Part shown: positions 16,347 to 24,342 of the stretch, piece after piece
Position numbering within the stretch: the stretch's first letter is position 1
How the letters are laid out: each line of letters opens with the position of its first letter
The notes under the pieces: generated by a model
Database searches by the model: none
The model's input: the letters and a program-made list of their open reading frames with translations, nothing else
What the model was told of the DNA's origin: nothing
Source: Candidatus Arthromitus sp. SFB-rat-Yit
GTDB lineage: Bacteria; Bacillota; Clostridia; Clostridiales; Clostridiaceae
NCBI RefSeq assembly: GCF_000283555.1
Contig: NC_016012.1
Location: 1,230,001 to 1,262,000 of the forward strand
Reading direction: 5' to 3'
DNA length: 32,000 bases
Made by a program: the position numbers and the translations under genes

Positions 16347-18771
16347 AAACATTTATAATATAAGCATTTCCCTTAAGATAATCAATCTCCCTTTTAGTTG
16401 ATGTAAATAAAATAACTTGTCTATCTTTTGAATACTTTTCAAGTATCATAAGAGCCTTCTTCATCCTATTAGAATCATATGTTAAAAATAAATCATCTAA
16501 AATAAGTGGAATTTCTCCTTTATATTCATAAATAAAATCAGCAATAGTAATCCTCAAAGCAAAATATATAAGATCCCACATTCCACCACTTAAAAATTCA
16601 ATTCCAAGTTTCTCCCTAAGCAAAATCGAACTATTATCCCTATCATATTTATAAATTTTTTTACTTGTACTTATAGAATCTTTTGTTAAATACTTAATTA
16701 AATATTCTACTCTATTGGATATTTCTGATGATAATGTATCTATAAACTCATAATAAATATCAGTAATCCTATTTCTGTACGTATCTATATTAGCTATTTT
16801 ATTTTCTAAATAAAGAATTGTATTCCTAAGATTCAGTATCTCATCATTTATACTACTTACCCTATTTTTATTTGATTCAGCACTCTTTAAACTATCCTCT
16901 AAATATTTTATATCATCATCTATTTCTTTGAGTTCAATTTTTAAAATATTATACTCCTTCTCAACATCTTCTTTATCCTTAAAAACTTCCACATTTGAGT
17001 ATTGTTCAAATAAAGATAATTCATTTATTAAATCACTTTTCTCTCTACCATTTAGCATCTTTAAAAGTTCATTACTTTTACTCTCTAAATCTTTCTCGAT
17101 ATTAGATTTATAATTCAACTTAAATTTCATATTGTCAATAAAATTTTCTATATCCCTAATATAAATATCATCAAACCCAAAATTGGCTAGTATTTCTAAA
17201 ATCTCATCTTCCTTCTTCTTAAAATCTTTAATTACAGATGTATAAGATAAATCTCCACTTTTAAATCTATAACTTAAAGAATCCAATTCATTTTCTATAT
17301 TCTTTATATTTTTAATATCAGTTCTAAGTTTATAGTAAGAATATGGATACAATTCCTTCTCTAATTTAGATATTTGATCTTTAAGTTCATAAAATTTCCC
17401 AGCTTTTCTATGTAAATCCTTATCCCCTATTTCCTTATAATCCTTAAACATCATATAAACATATGACAATCCGATTAATCCAAAAGCAATAAGAGAAATT
17501 AAAATTACACTACTAATATTAATTTTGAATAAAGGGGCTAAAATAGTTATTAAAATTGATACTATTATTATGGATATATATATCTTTAAGTCATTATCCT
17601 TCTGCTTATTTTTTTTCACCCTTGAAATTATCTTATATTGTTTGAGCAAATACGAAAGCCTACCATTCCCCTTTATATTATCTATTTCCTTATTTATCAT
17701 CTCAATTTTTTTGACTCTCTCTGAGTAAAAAAGAAAATTAGATTTAATATCTGAATACCTATCAAGTTGTTTATTTAAATACTCAAATCTTTTTATAGCA
17801 TTGGATTCTTCATCAACATCTATTTTATTTACATTTAAAATCTCTTTTTTACCCTCCCTATAATTAGAGAATTTAGTTATGATATCCTCCATAATAGAAT
17901 TATCTATAATTTTTTCATTCATCTTCGGTATGCTATCATTTACATTTTTAATATCTTGCTTAATTTTATTAATTTCATTTTCAACATTTAAAATATCATT
18001 TACATTTTTTTTGATATCAAGATATTTAAAGTATTTACGTTCATCCCCAATTAATGAATATTTAGTTAACAATACTTCCTTTCTCTTTTTTAAACCATCC
18101 AATTTAGAATAATCTATATTATTAAGATTAACTATCTCAACTGCCCTATGTAACTTTTCATTTAAATCTGAATACTTTTCATATAATTCACCCAAATTTT
18201 CAGATATTTTTATATCTTTTATAATGCACTTTGCCTTATTTATTAACTCAATTGATCTATCAAAAGAAAATCTATTATCAAAATTTTCCTTAATTTTAGC
18301 CACATCAGCCATCAGCTTAAAATTTTTATCTTTAGTCCCAAATTCATCTATATTTTTCAAAAACATAGTTCTATTGAAAGCCTCAAATCCTATGTCCAAA
18401 AATGTCTTTCCAGGTTGATCCAAATCAACATTAAATATTTTTTCCCCATCAATCATTCTTTTAACAATACTAGTATCATTTGATTTTGAAATCCCAAATG
18501 TTCTCTCTATACAATATTCAATATTATTTATCTCAACAATCAGTTCCCCTTTTGTCTTATCTATAAAAAACGGAGAATATTTACGTCTAAATACACTTTT
18601 AAATGCTTTTCTTTCATCATCCATTCCATATAAAAAACAAACTATAAAATTCTGGATAATAAACTTAATTTGATCACTTTCACAATAAACAATATTAATA
18701 CCATTTTCGAAATTTATACTCTTTTTATTTATTAATCCAAAATTATTTATATTAATTTTCTTAATTTTCAT
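16345..18771 (-). CDS. Rad50/SbcC/YhaN-like coiled-coil protein with degenerate ATPase motifs and a central transmembrane hairpin
   Basis: 808 aa. The N-terminal head-like fold is MKIKKININNFGLINKKSINFENGINIVYCESDQIKF, where YhaN/SbcC proteins carry G-x-N-x-x-GKST. The C-terminal head has FLSGGMWDLIYFALRI (signature motif) and PLILDDLFLTYD (Walker B-like). Long K/E/N-rich coiled-coil arms are present. Two hydrophobic helices sit at residues ~398-445, exactly mid-protein. Confidence 0.7.
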   Translation of the reverse strand: MKIKKININNFGLINKKSINFENGINIVYCESDQIKFIIQNFIVCFLYGMDDERKAFKSVFRRKYSPFFIDKTKGELIVEINNIEYCIERTFGISKSNDTSIVKRMIDGEKIFNVDLDQPGKTFLDIGFEAFNRTMFLKNIDEFGTKDKNFKLMADVAKIKENFDNRFSFDRSIELINKAKCIIKDIKISENLGELYEKYSDLNEKLHRAVEIVNLNNIDYSKLDGLKKRKEVLLTKYSLIGDERKYFKYLDIKKNVNDILNVENEINKIKQDIKNVNDSIPKMNEKIIDNSIMEDIITKFSNYREGKKEILNVNKIDVDEESNAIKRFEYLNKQLDRYSDIKSNFLFYSERVKKIEMINKEIDNIKGNGRLSYLLKQYKIISRVKKNKQKDNDLKIYISIIIVSILITILAPLFKINISSVILISLIAFGLIGLSYVYMMFKDYKEIGDKDLHRKAGKFYELKDQISKLEKELYPYSYYKLRTDIKNIKNIENELDSLSYRFKSGDLSYTSVIKDFKKKEDEILEILANFGFDDIYIRDIENFIDNMKFKLNYKSNIEKDLESKSNELLKMLNGREKSDLINELSLFEQYSNVEVFKDKEDVEKEYNILKIELKEIDDDIKYLEDSLKSAESNKNRVSSINDEILNLRNTILYLENKIANIDTYRNRITDIYYEFIDTLSSEISNRVEYLIKYLTKDSISTSKKIYKYDRDNSSILLREKLGIEFLSGGMWDLIYFALRITIADFIYEYKGEIPLILDDLFLTYDSNRMKKALMILEKYSKDRQVILFTSTKREIDYLKGNAYIINV

Positions 18772-18855
18772 AGAATTACACGTCCTTAGTAAAAGCTAGT
18801 CTTGTATATTAAGATTTACTACTAAAAATTCCAAAATTTGTTACATCATTAATAT

Positions 18856-18883
18856 ATTATATTCATTAATTTCAATATTGCAA
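18856..18883 (-). promoter_or_regulatory. Sigma-A type promoter of the 808-aa gene
   Basis: On the minus strand: TTGCAA (18883-18878), a 16-nt spacer, then TATAAT (18861-18856). Confidence 0.5.
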
Positions 18884-18890
18884 TATTAAT

Positions 18891-18922
18891 AAAAAATGGC
18901 TGCTGTTTAATAAAACAGCAGC
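18891..18922 (-). terminator. Rho-independent terminator after the carboxypeptidase gene
   Basis: On the minus strand GCUGCUGUUU-UAUU-AAACAGCAGC forms a 10-bp stem followed by CAUUUUUU. Confidence 0.75.
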
Positions 18923-18927
18923 ATAAA

Positions 18928-20166
18928 CTAAAATATTCTTTTAACTCTTTTTTTTCCTCGTATTCTCTTAATAATTATCATTATAAGAATTATAATAACA
19001 AGTATTAATAATATTGACAACGTATAAATTAAAATATTTGATAAAATAATAGGTTTCATATCCACACTTAAATTATAAGATGATTTACTATCTGAAACCA
19101 AAACTTCAAAAGTTCCAATTGGCTTATTAAAATCAGTAAAAATATTAATATTATCTTTTAAATAGATATTTGTGGATAAATTCTGTTTGTTATAATCATT
19201 ATCATACATATAAACATTATCATTTAAAATCAATGGAACTTGAGCTACTTTCTTAGGTCCAAAAAAACCAAAAAGCTTATACTCTAATGGAAAACTTTCA
19301 GAAACAACACTACCTTTTTCATATAATAATGCTTTTTCTTGCTTCTCTGCAATTTGCTTCAAATTCTCCATATCATTAAATACATATGAATCCTCAGAAT
19401 CGTATATAGATTTTAAAACAGTAATTATATACGATTTCCCATCTTTTTCAAAAGCTCCTACAAGATTTCTTCCCGATCTAGATGTATAACCTGTCTTACC
19501 ACCAATCATACCATCTGTTCCCAATAATTTATTAGAATTTTTATAAACTATAATAGATCCATTAGGTAAAGATACACTTGTTTCTTTAATTGAAATAGTT
19601 TCACGTATCCAATCATATTTAAGTGCTGCTTCTAAAAGAAGTGCTAAATCATATGCAGTTGAATAATGATCATCATCATGAAGACCAATAGCATTTTTAA
19701 AATATGTATTTTTAAGTCCTAGTTCCCTTAATTTATCATTCATTATCTCTTCAAAAGATTTTCCTAATTCATCGGATAAATTATCTGCAACAACCTGTGC
19801 CATATCATTTGCAGAAAATATAAGTATAGATTTCATAACGAAATCTGCACTTAATTCCTGTCCAACATCAAACGAAGAATAATTTAAATTAACAGAATAT
19901 TCTGGCATTTCCTTAGCCCTAGAAGTAAAGATCAAAGTATCTTTTTTAGTTTTATGCTCAGCCAATAAAATAGCAGTAATTAATTTTGAAATACTTGCTG
20001 GATACATTTTTGCATCTGCATTTTTTGATAAAATAACTTCATTAGTATCTCCGTCTATAACCACATAAGATTCTCCGTAAATTTTATAATTATTTATTTC
20101 CTCAGCTGAAACACTAGTAAAAATAACACTTAAAGAAAAAATAATACTAATCAACAATTTAAACAT
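18928..20166 (-). CDS. D-alanyl-D-alanine carboxypeptidase (low-molecular-weight PBP, S11 family) with C-terminal membrane anchor
   Basis: Signal peptide present. SxxK in PASISKLIT, SxN in FSANDMA, KTG in GGKTGYT. C-terminal hydrophobic anchor ILIYTLSILLILVIIILIMIII followed by a basic tail. RBS is AGGGGG. Confidence 0.85.
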   Translation of the reverse strand: MFKLLISIIFSLSVIFTSVSAEEINNYKIYGESYVVIDGDTNEVILSKNADAKMYPASISKLITAILLAEHKTKKDTLIFTSRAKEMPEYSVNLNYSSFDVGQELSADFVMKSILIFSANDMAQVVADNLSDELGKSFEEIMNDKLRELGLKNTYFKNAIGLHDDDHYSTAYDLALLLEAALKYDWIRETISIKETSVSLPNGSIIVYKNSNKLLGTDGMIGGKTGYTSRSGRNLVGAFEKDGKSYIITVLKSIYDSEDSYVFNDMENLKQIAEKQEKALLYEKGSVVSESFPLEYKLFGFFGPKKVAQVPLILNDNVYMYDNDYNKQNLSTNIYLKDNINIFTDFNKPIGTFEVLVSDSKSSYNLSVDMKPIILSNILIYTLSILLILVIIILIMIIIKRIRGKKRVKRIF

Positions 20167-20201
20167 ACTAATCCCCCTAAAATATTACAAATAGAAATTA
20201 C

Positions 20202-20966
20202 TTACCTTACTCCTTTATTTATAACAGATTTTTTAATAAAATAATCAAAATCTTTCTCACTTATATTATCTAATGTCATAAATTTATATCCAAGTTGTTT
20301 TGCATATAATATTATTCTCTCCAATGAGTCAATAGTGTTTGTATTACCATATCCATCATGTAAAAGAACTATAGCTTTTGACTTGTTATTAAGTTGACTA
20401 ATAGTAGAATTATATATAGTATCTGAACTTTTAGGAATCCTCTCAGCATCTAAACCATATACATTCCACTCAACAAAATAATATTTATTATCCAAAAATC
20501 TATCCTTAATTTCATTTAAAACATCTTCTCTTAATAGTTCGTTATTAACACCCCCCGGAAATCTAATAAAATTAACAGGCTCTTTTAGAATAACATCTTT
20601 TATTTTAACTATACAACTATTTAAATCAATAAAATAATCATCTGCTGTATTATAAATTTTCATATAATTATGACAATTAGTATGCGGTAGAATACACATA
20701 CCATCTCTCTCTAACCTTCTTACAATATCTTTATGAACTTCCACTTGATTCCCAATTACAAAAAAAGACGCTTTAACATTATTTTTATTTAATATATCCA
20801 AAATTTTATTTGTATTTGGACTTGGTCCATCATCAAAGGTCAAATAAATAACTTTATCATCTATGATTTTTAAATATTTGCCTTCATCAATACACTTAAC
20901 ATTAACCATATTTGTATTAAATAATAAGCAAACACCAAAACATAACATAATAATTTTTTTATACAT
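20202..20966 (-). CDS. Polysaccharide deacetylase (NodB/CE4 family), secreted
   Basis: NodB motifs LTFDDGP, HTNCH and a later LLHDG. I prefer the ATG at 20966 (GGAG 9 nt upstream, giving the signal peptide MYKKIIMLCFGVCLL...) over the ORF-track start at 20981. Confidence 0.8.
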   Translation of the reverse strand: MYKKIIMLCFGVCLLFNTNMVNVKCIDEGKYLKIIDDKVIYLTFDDGPSPNTNKILDILNKNNVKASFFVIGNQVEVHKDIVRRLERDGMCILPHTNCHNYMKIYNTADDYFIDLNSCIVKIKDVILKEPVNFIRFPGGVNNELLREDVLNEIKDRFLDNKYYFVEWNVYGLDAERIPKSSDTIYNSTISQLNNKSKAIVLLHDGYGNTNTIDSLERIILYAKQLGYKFMTLDNISEKDFDYFIKKSVINKGVR

Positions 20967-21040
20967 ATAAATAATCTCCATTCTTTGGTAATTATAGTTA
21001 ACTTACCCAATATTTAAATAAATTATATAAAAAATAAAAA

Positions 21041-21063
21041 GAACACTTGAAATTCAAGTGTTC
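21041..21063 (-). terminator. Rho-independent terminator after the 157-aa gene
   Basis: GAACACTTG (21041-21049) pairs with CAAGTGTTC (21055-21063). The minus strand continues with UUUUUAUUUU. Confidence 0.7.
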
Positions 21064-21070
21064 TAAATAA

Positions 21071-21544
21071 TTAATTCAAATTTATCAACATAAATATTAA
21101 CTCTCTGTCAATATTTACAATTTTATTAATATAAAAATTTAATTTATTTCCCCTTATGTTATATTCCTTTATAATATCTTCGGTTACATTATCTATAATT
21201 TCTCTTAAATTACTAATAGATATATCTAATTCCTTCTTAAATATTATTTTATCAAGTAGAGAAATAAACTTATTTTTATCTGACAATCCACATAAATTTA
21301 AATCAATAAAACCAGCTATAGATTTAAATTTATTCATAATATCAAATGAAATATTTAAAGCAAATGATCTATAATAAATATTACAACTGTCATTTTTAAA
21401 ATCATATTTAAAATCCGTATTTTTACAAATATCACTAATTATATATCTATCATCCATTTTTTTAAACTTGTCTAAATTAACAATATCTTTAAATAAAGAC
21501 TCATTATTAGATAGTTTTTTATCATGATTTTGCTCTGACCTCAC
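21071..21544 (-). CDS. Hypothetical cytoplasmic protein, no recognisable domain
   Basis: 157-aa ORF with a GTG start 6 nt after the strong RBS GGAGGGGA, and its own terminator. No signal peptide, TM segment or motif that I recognise. Confidence 0.55.
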   Translation of the reverse strand: MRSEQNHDKKLSNNESLFKDIVNLDKFKKMDDRYIISDICKNTDFKYDFKNDSCNIYYRSFALNISFDIMNKFKSIAGFIDLNLCGLSDKNKFISLLDKIIFKKELDISISNLREIIDNVTEDIIKEYNIRGNKLNFYINKIVNIDRELIFMLINLN

Positions 21545-21759
21545 CTCAAATCCCCTCCTAAGTAAACAACTGTAAGCACCTCTTTATTTTCAAAATAAAT
21601 TATATTATCACCATAATGATTTATTACATATAATTTATTATGGTTTTTTAAACAAAATTTAAACATCATTTAATAAATAATTATTATTATAAAAGCTTGT
21701 ATATTTTCCCTAATTATAAGAAATAATTAAAGTATGCTTATGTTAGGAGTTTGAATTAA

Positions 21760-21891
21760 ATGAAAAATTGTTATTGTTGTGGTAAAGAAGAATCAAATAT
21801 TATTAAGTTAACTTATGCAAATTTTATTTTGTGCAATTGGTGTGCAGAAACCTACTATACTTCATTAAAAATTTTAAATAATTACATATAA
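21760..21891 (+). CDS. Small 43-aa four-cysteine (CxxC...CxxC) zinc-ribbon-like protein, absent from the ORF track
   Basis: ATG at 21760 lies 10 nt after AGGAG. Translation is MKNCYCCGKEESNIIKLTYANFILCNWCAETYYTSLKILNNYI, with TAA at 21889-21891. A strong terminator follows immediately. Confidence 0.5.
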   Translation: MKNCYCCGKEESNIIKLTYANFILCNWCAETYYTSLKILNNYI

Positions 21892-21924
21892 AAAAGAGAG
21901 GCGTTATTTTCACCTCTCTTTTTT
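21891..21924. terminator. Bidirectional terminator (small ORF on plus, tRNA-Trp on minus)
   Basis: AGAGAGG (21895-21901) pairs with CCTCTCT (21913-21919) around an 11-nt loop. AAAAA lies upstream and TTTTT downstream. Confidence 0.7.
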
Positions 21925-21927
21925 GTA

Positions 21928-22003
21928 TGGCAGGGGCAGCAGGAATCGAACCCGCAACCAACGGTTTTGGAGACCGCTACTCTACCAATTGAGCTATACC
22001 CCT
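21928..22003 (-). tRNA. trnW: tRNA-Trp (anticodon CCA), 76 nt, 3' CCA encoded
   Basis: Minus strand reads AGGGGTATAGCTCAATTGGTAGAGTAGCGGTCTCCAAAACCGTTGGTTGCGGGTTCGATTCCTGCTGCCCCTGCCA. The acceptor stem AGGGGTA/TGCCCCT, D-arm GCTC..GAGT, anticodon stem GCGGT/ACCGT with loop CTCCAAA, and a GTTCGATTC T-loop all fold as a cloverleaf. Confidence 0.92.
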
Positions 22004-22016
22004 AAATTACTTTGAT

Positions 22017-22045
22017 ATTGTACTATAAATTTTATATAAAATCAA
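22017..22045 (-). promoter_or_regulatory. Sigma-A type promoter of tRNA-Trp
   Basis: On the minus strand: TTGATT (22045-22040), a 17-nt spacer, then TACAAT (22022-22017), 13 nt upstream of the mature tRNA 5' end. Confidence 0.55.
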
Positions 22046-22115
22046 CAATAAAATAAATTTACATTGTTACTAAAAATTATTAAAATTATTCTATATAAAA
22101 TAATTGGAGTTATTT

Positions 22116-22598
22116 ATGAAAGATATTTTAAAAATAAATAATATAAATGAAACAATTAATATAGGAAAATTAATTGGAAAAAATCTAAATAAAAGCATAA
22201 CAATCGCACTAGACGGTGATATAGGGTGCGGTAAGACTCAACTAACAAAAGGTATTGCACTAGGACTCAATATTAAAGACAATATAACTAGTCCAACATT
22301 TAATTTAATAAATGAATATTATGATGGAACTCTCCCACTATATCATTTTGATGTTTATAGATTAAACTCAATAGATGAATTATTTCTAATTGGATTTGAT
22401 GATTATATTAAATCAGATGGAGTCAGAATTATAGAATGGGCATCAAATGTGAAGGAAGCACTTCCATTAGATACAAATTTTATCAATATATTTAAACTTC
22501 CTTCAAATAATAATGAACGCATAATTGAATTCAACTTTAATAATGAATATGAGGATATTTTAACTAAAATTTTAAACGATTTTAAAAAGGAGATTTAA
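22116..22598 (+). CDS. tsaE: tRNA t6A37 biosynthesis ATPase TsaE
   Basis: P-loop GDIGCGKTQLTKG, the SPTFNL motif and YHFDVYRL. The ATG at 22116 has GGAG 6 nt upstream; the ORF track starts at the TTG at 22104. Confidence 0.85.
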   Translation: MKDILKINNINETINIGKLIGKNLNKSITIALDGDIGCGKTQLTKGIALGLNIKDNITSPTFNLINEYYDGTLPLYHFDVYRLNSIDELFLIGFDDYIKSDGVRIIEWASNVKEALPLDTNFINIFKLPSNNNERIIEFNFNNEYEDILTKILNDFKKEI

Positions 22599-22602
22599 CA
22601 AT

Positions 22603-23310
22603 ATGATACTTCTAACTCTTGATACAAACTCTGATATATTAAGTTGTTGCGTCACAAATAACAAAAAACTCTTATCAGAGATAAATATATATAATTTAAA
22701 AAGTCATTCTATAAACTCTATAGGTATTATAGATTCTGTTTTAAAGAATTCAAACTTAACAATAAATGATATCGACGGATTCATATTATCTAAAGGTCCC
22801 GGAAGCTTTACAGGACTTAGAATAGCCTTCTCCATAATAAAATCATTTTCATTTGCCTTAAAAAAACCAATGATATCTTTATCTTCTCTAGACTCTTTGT
22901 GTTTTAGGGAAAATTTTAATGGAATTGTATGCAGCATAATAAACGCGTTAAGAGATGAAGTGTACATAAATTCGTTCACATGTAGAAATGAAATAATTCA
23001 AAATGATTTTGAAGGGGAAATTGTACATATAAACAATATCAAAAAATATTTGAAATCAAAGTACAATAATTTACAAAATATACTCTTTACAGGTGATGGA
23101 ACTTTAAAATTTGAATCTCACTTAAAAATAATATTTCCAAATTCATATATAAACCAAAAACCTATCTCTTCATATGATTACGCACTTTTAGGATTCGAAA
23201 AATTTAAACTTAATTTGTTTGATGATTCGTTTCTTTGTTCCCCATCATATATAAGAGTTTCTCAAGCCCAAGAAATGCTTCTTACCAAAAACAAATCAAA
23301 AAATGATTGA
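22603..23310 (+). CDS. tsaB: tRNA t6A37 biosynthesis protein TsaB (YeaZ family)
   Basis: ILLTLDTN start and the GPGSFTGLRI motif. Its position between tsaE and rimI is the usual Firmicute operon order. Confidence 0.85.
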   Translation: MILLTLDTNSDILSCCVTNNKKLLSEINIYNLKSHSINSIGIIDSVLKNSNLTINDIDGFILSKGPGSFTGLRIAFSIIKSFSFALKKPMISLSSLDSLCFRENFNGIVCSIINALRDEVYINSFTCRNEIIQNDFEGEIVHINNIKKYLKSKYNNLQNILFTGDGTLKFESHLKIIFPNSYINQKPISSYDYALLGFEKFKLNLFDDSFLCSPSYIRVSQAQEMLLTKNKSKND

Positions 23311-23743
23311 TTTTAAGAAGATTCATGTAAAGAAATCAAACTCTTCACACATAAATTCTATTTACCTAATAAGTAAATCAAATATAAAAAATTCTTGGAG
23401 CATAGAATCGTTTAATGATGACTTTAACAATATTTTTTCAGAATACTTCTCATTAATGTATGAAAATAAAATAATTGGTTTTATAAGTATATGGGTAATA
23501 ATAGATGAAGTTACCATAACTAATATATCAATACATAATGAATATAAAGGTATTGGATTGTCAAACTATTTAATGGATTATTTAATAAATAATTATGATA
23601 ACTATACTATACTTCTTGAAGTGCGTGAATCTAATAAAATAGCAATAAATCTATATAAAAAATTCAAATTTAAAGAAATTGGTAGACGTAACAATTATTA
23701 CAAATTTCCTTCAGAAGATGCCATAATAATGAAAAAATTCTAG
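23303..23743 (+). CDS. rimI: Ribosomal-protein-alanine N-acetyltransferase (GNAT)
   Basis: GNAT core ISIHNEYKGIGLSNYLM...LEVRESNKIAINLYKKFKFKEIGRRNNYY...EDAIIM. Overlaps tsaB by 8 nt. Confidence 0.8.
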   Translation: MIDFKKIHVKKSNSSHINSIYLISKSNIKNSWSIESFNDDFNNIFSEYFSLMYENKIIGFISIWVIIDEVTITNISIHNEYKGIGLSNYLMDYLINNYDNYTILLEVRESNKIAINLYKKFKFKEIGRRNNYYKFPSEDAIIMKKF

Positions 23744-23759
23744 GATAAATTCCTAGAAT

Positions 23760-24317
23760 TTATTTTTTAAACCTATCAATAATAGCAACAGTTGGGAAAA
23801 AAATTATCATAGATTTTATTACATTATAAGGAACAATATATATAATCAAGAATTTTAATAATGTATTTGCCTCTCCAATAAAGGAACTTAACTCAACGCC
23901 TAATAATTTTACATAAACAGGTAATATTACCGTAGCATTTAATATAACCCCTGATAAAGTAAGACCAATCATTCCAGATAATAAACTAAAAATATATCTA
24001 TTCTTACCATTAAATTTTTTGTAAAAATATGCCCCTGGAACTATAAAACAAAATCCCATTAAAAAATTTGCAAGCTCGCCTATACCGAAAGTAAAACTCC
24101 CCATAGTAAAACACACCAATAAATTTTTTAATGCTAAAGATATAACCCCTAAAATAGGAGAAAATATTATAGTTATGAAAAATATCGGTATATCTGATAA
24201 ATCAAATGTTAAAAAATTAGGTAAAAAAGGTACGCTTAACCTAAAATACATAAGAACAACAGATAATGCTACCAAAATACATATTTTGATTTTATTATTA
24301 AATTCAATTTTTCTCAC
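23760..24317 (-). CDS. ECF-transporter substrate-specific (S) component, possibly riboflavin RibU-like
   Basis: 185 aa with about 5-6 hydrophobic helices. The N-terminal pattern ...PFLPNFLTFDLSDIPIFF resembles the RibU/FmnP family. It lies 25 nt downstream of tex, so it is probably co-transcribed. The substrate assignment is weak. Confidence 0.55.
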   Translation of the reverse strand: MRKIEFNNKIKICILVALSVVLMYFRLSVPFLPNFLTFDLSDIPIFFITIIFSPILGVISLALKNLLVCFTMGSFTFGIGELANFLMGFCFIVPGAYFYKKFNGKNRYIFSLLSGMIGLTLSGVILNATVILPVYVKLLGVELSSFIGEANTLLKFLIIYIVPYNVIKSMIIFFPTVAIIDRFKK

Positions 24318-24342
24318 TCATTATCACCACCTATAAAAATTG

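Noticed and set aside
16345-18771. The 808-aa SMC-like ATPase as a stand-alone anti-phage defence gene (Lamassu, Wadjet or Gabija-like).
   Set aside because: There are no partner genes (nuclease, kleisin-like or effector) and the ATPase motifs are degenerate. The architecture fits the YhaN/SbcC lineage. I report it as an oddity rather than as a defence system.
21071-22003. tRNA-Trp with an adjacent orphan gene and mini-ORF as a possible integration hotspot or genomic islet.
   Set aside because: There is no integrase, no direct repeat of the tRNA 3' end, and the flanking genes have ordinary promoters and terminators. The evidence is insufficient to call a mobile element.
23303-23760. Absence of tsaD after tsaE-tsaB-rimI.
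   Set aside because: The operon order is commonly tsaE-tsaB-rimI-tsaD, but tsaD is frequently located elsewhere. A convergent gene and the end of rimI explain the boundary. This is not evidence of gene loss without the full genome.
24318-24342. Expected an FMN riboswitch in front of the RibU-like ECF S-component.
   Set aside because: Only 25 nt separate it from the tex stop codon, so there is no room for an aptamer. This also weakens the riboflavin-specific assignment, so the call is left as a generic S-component.
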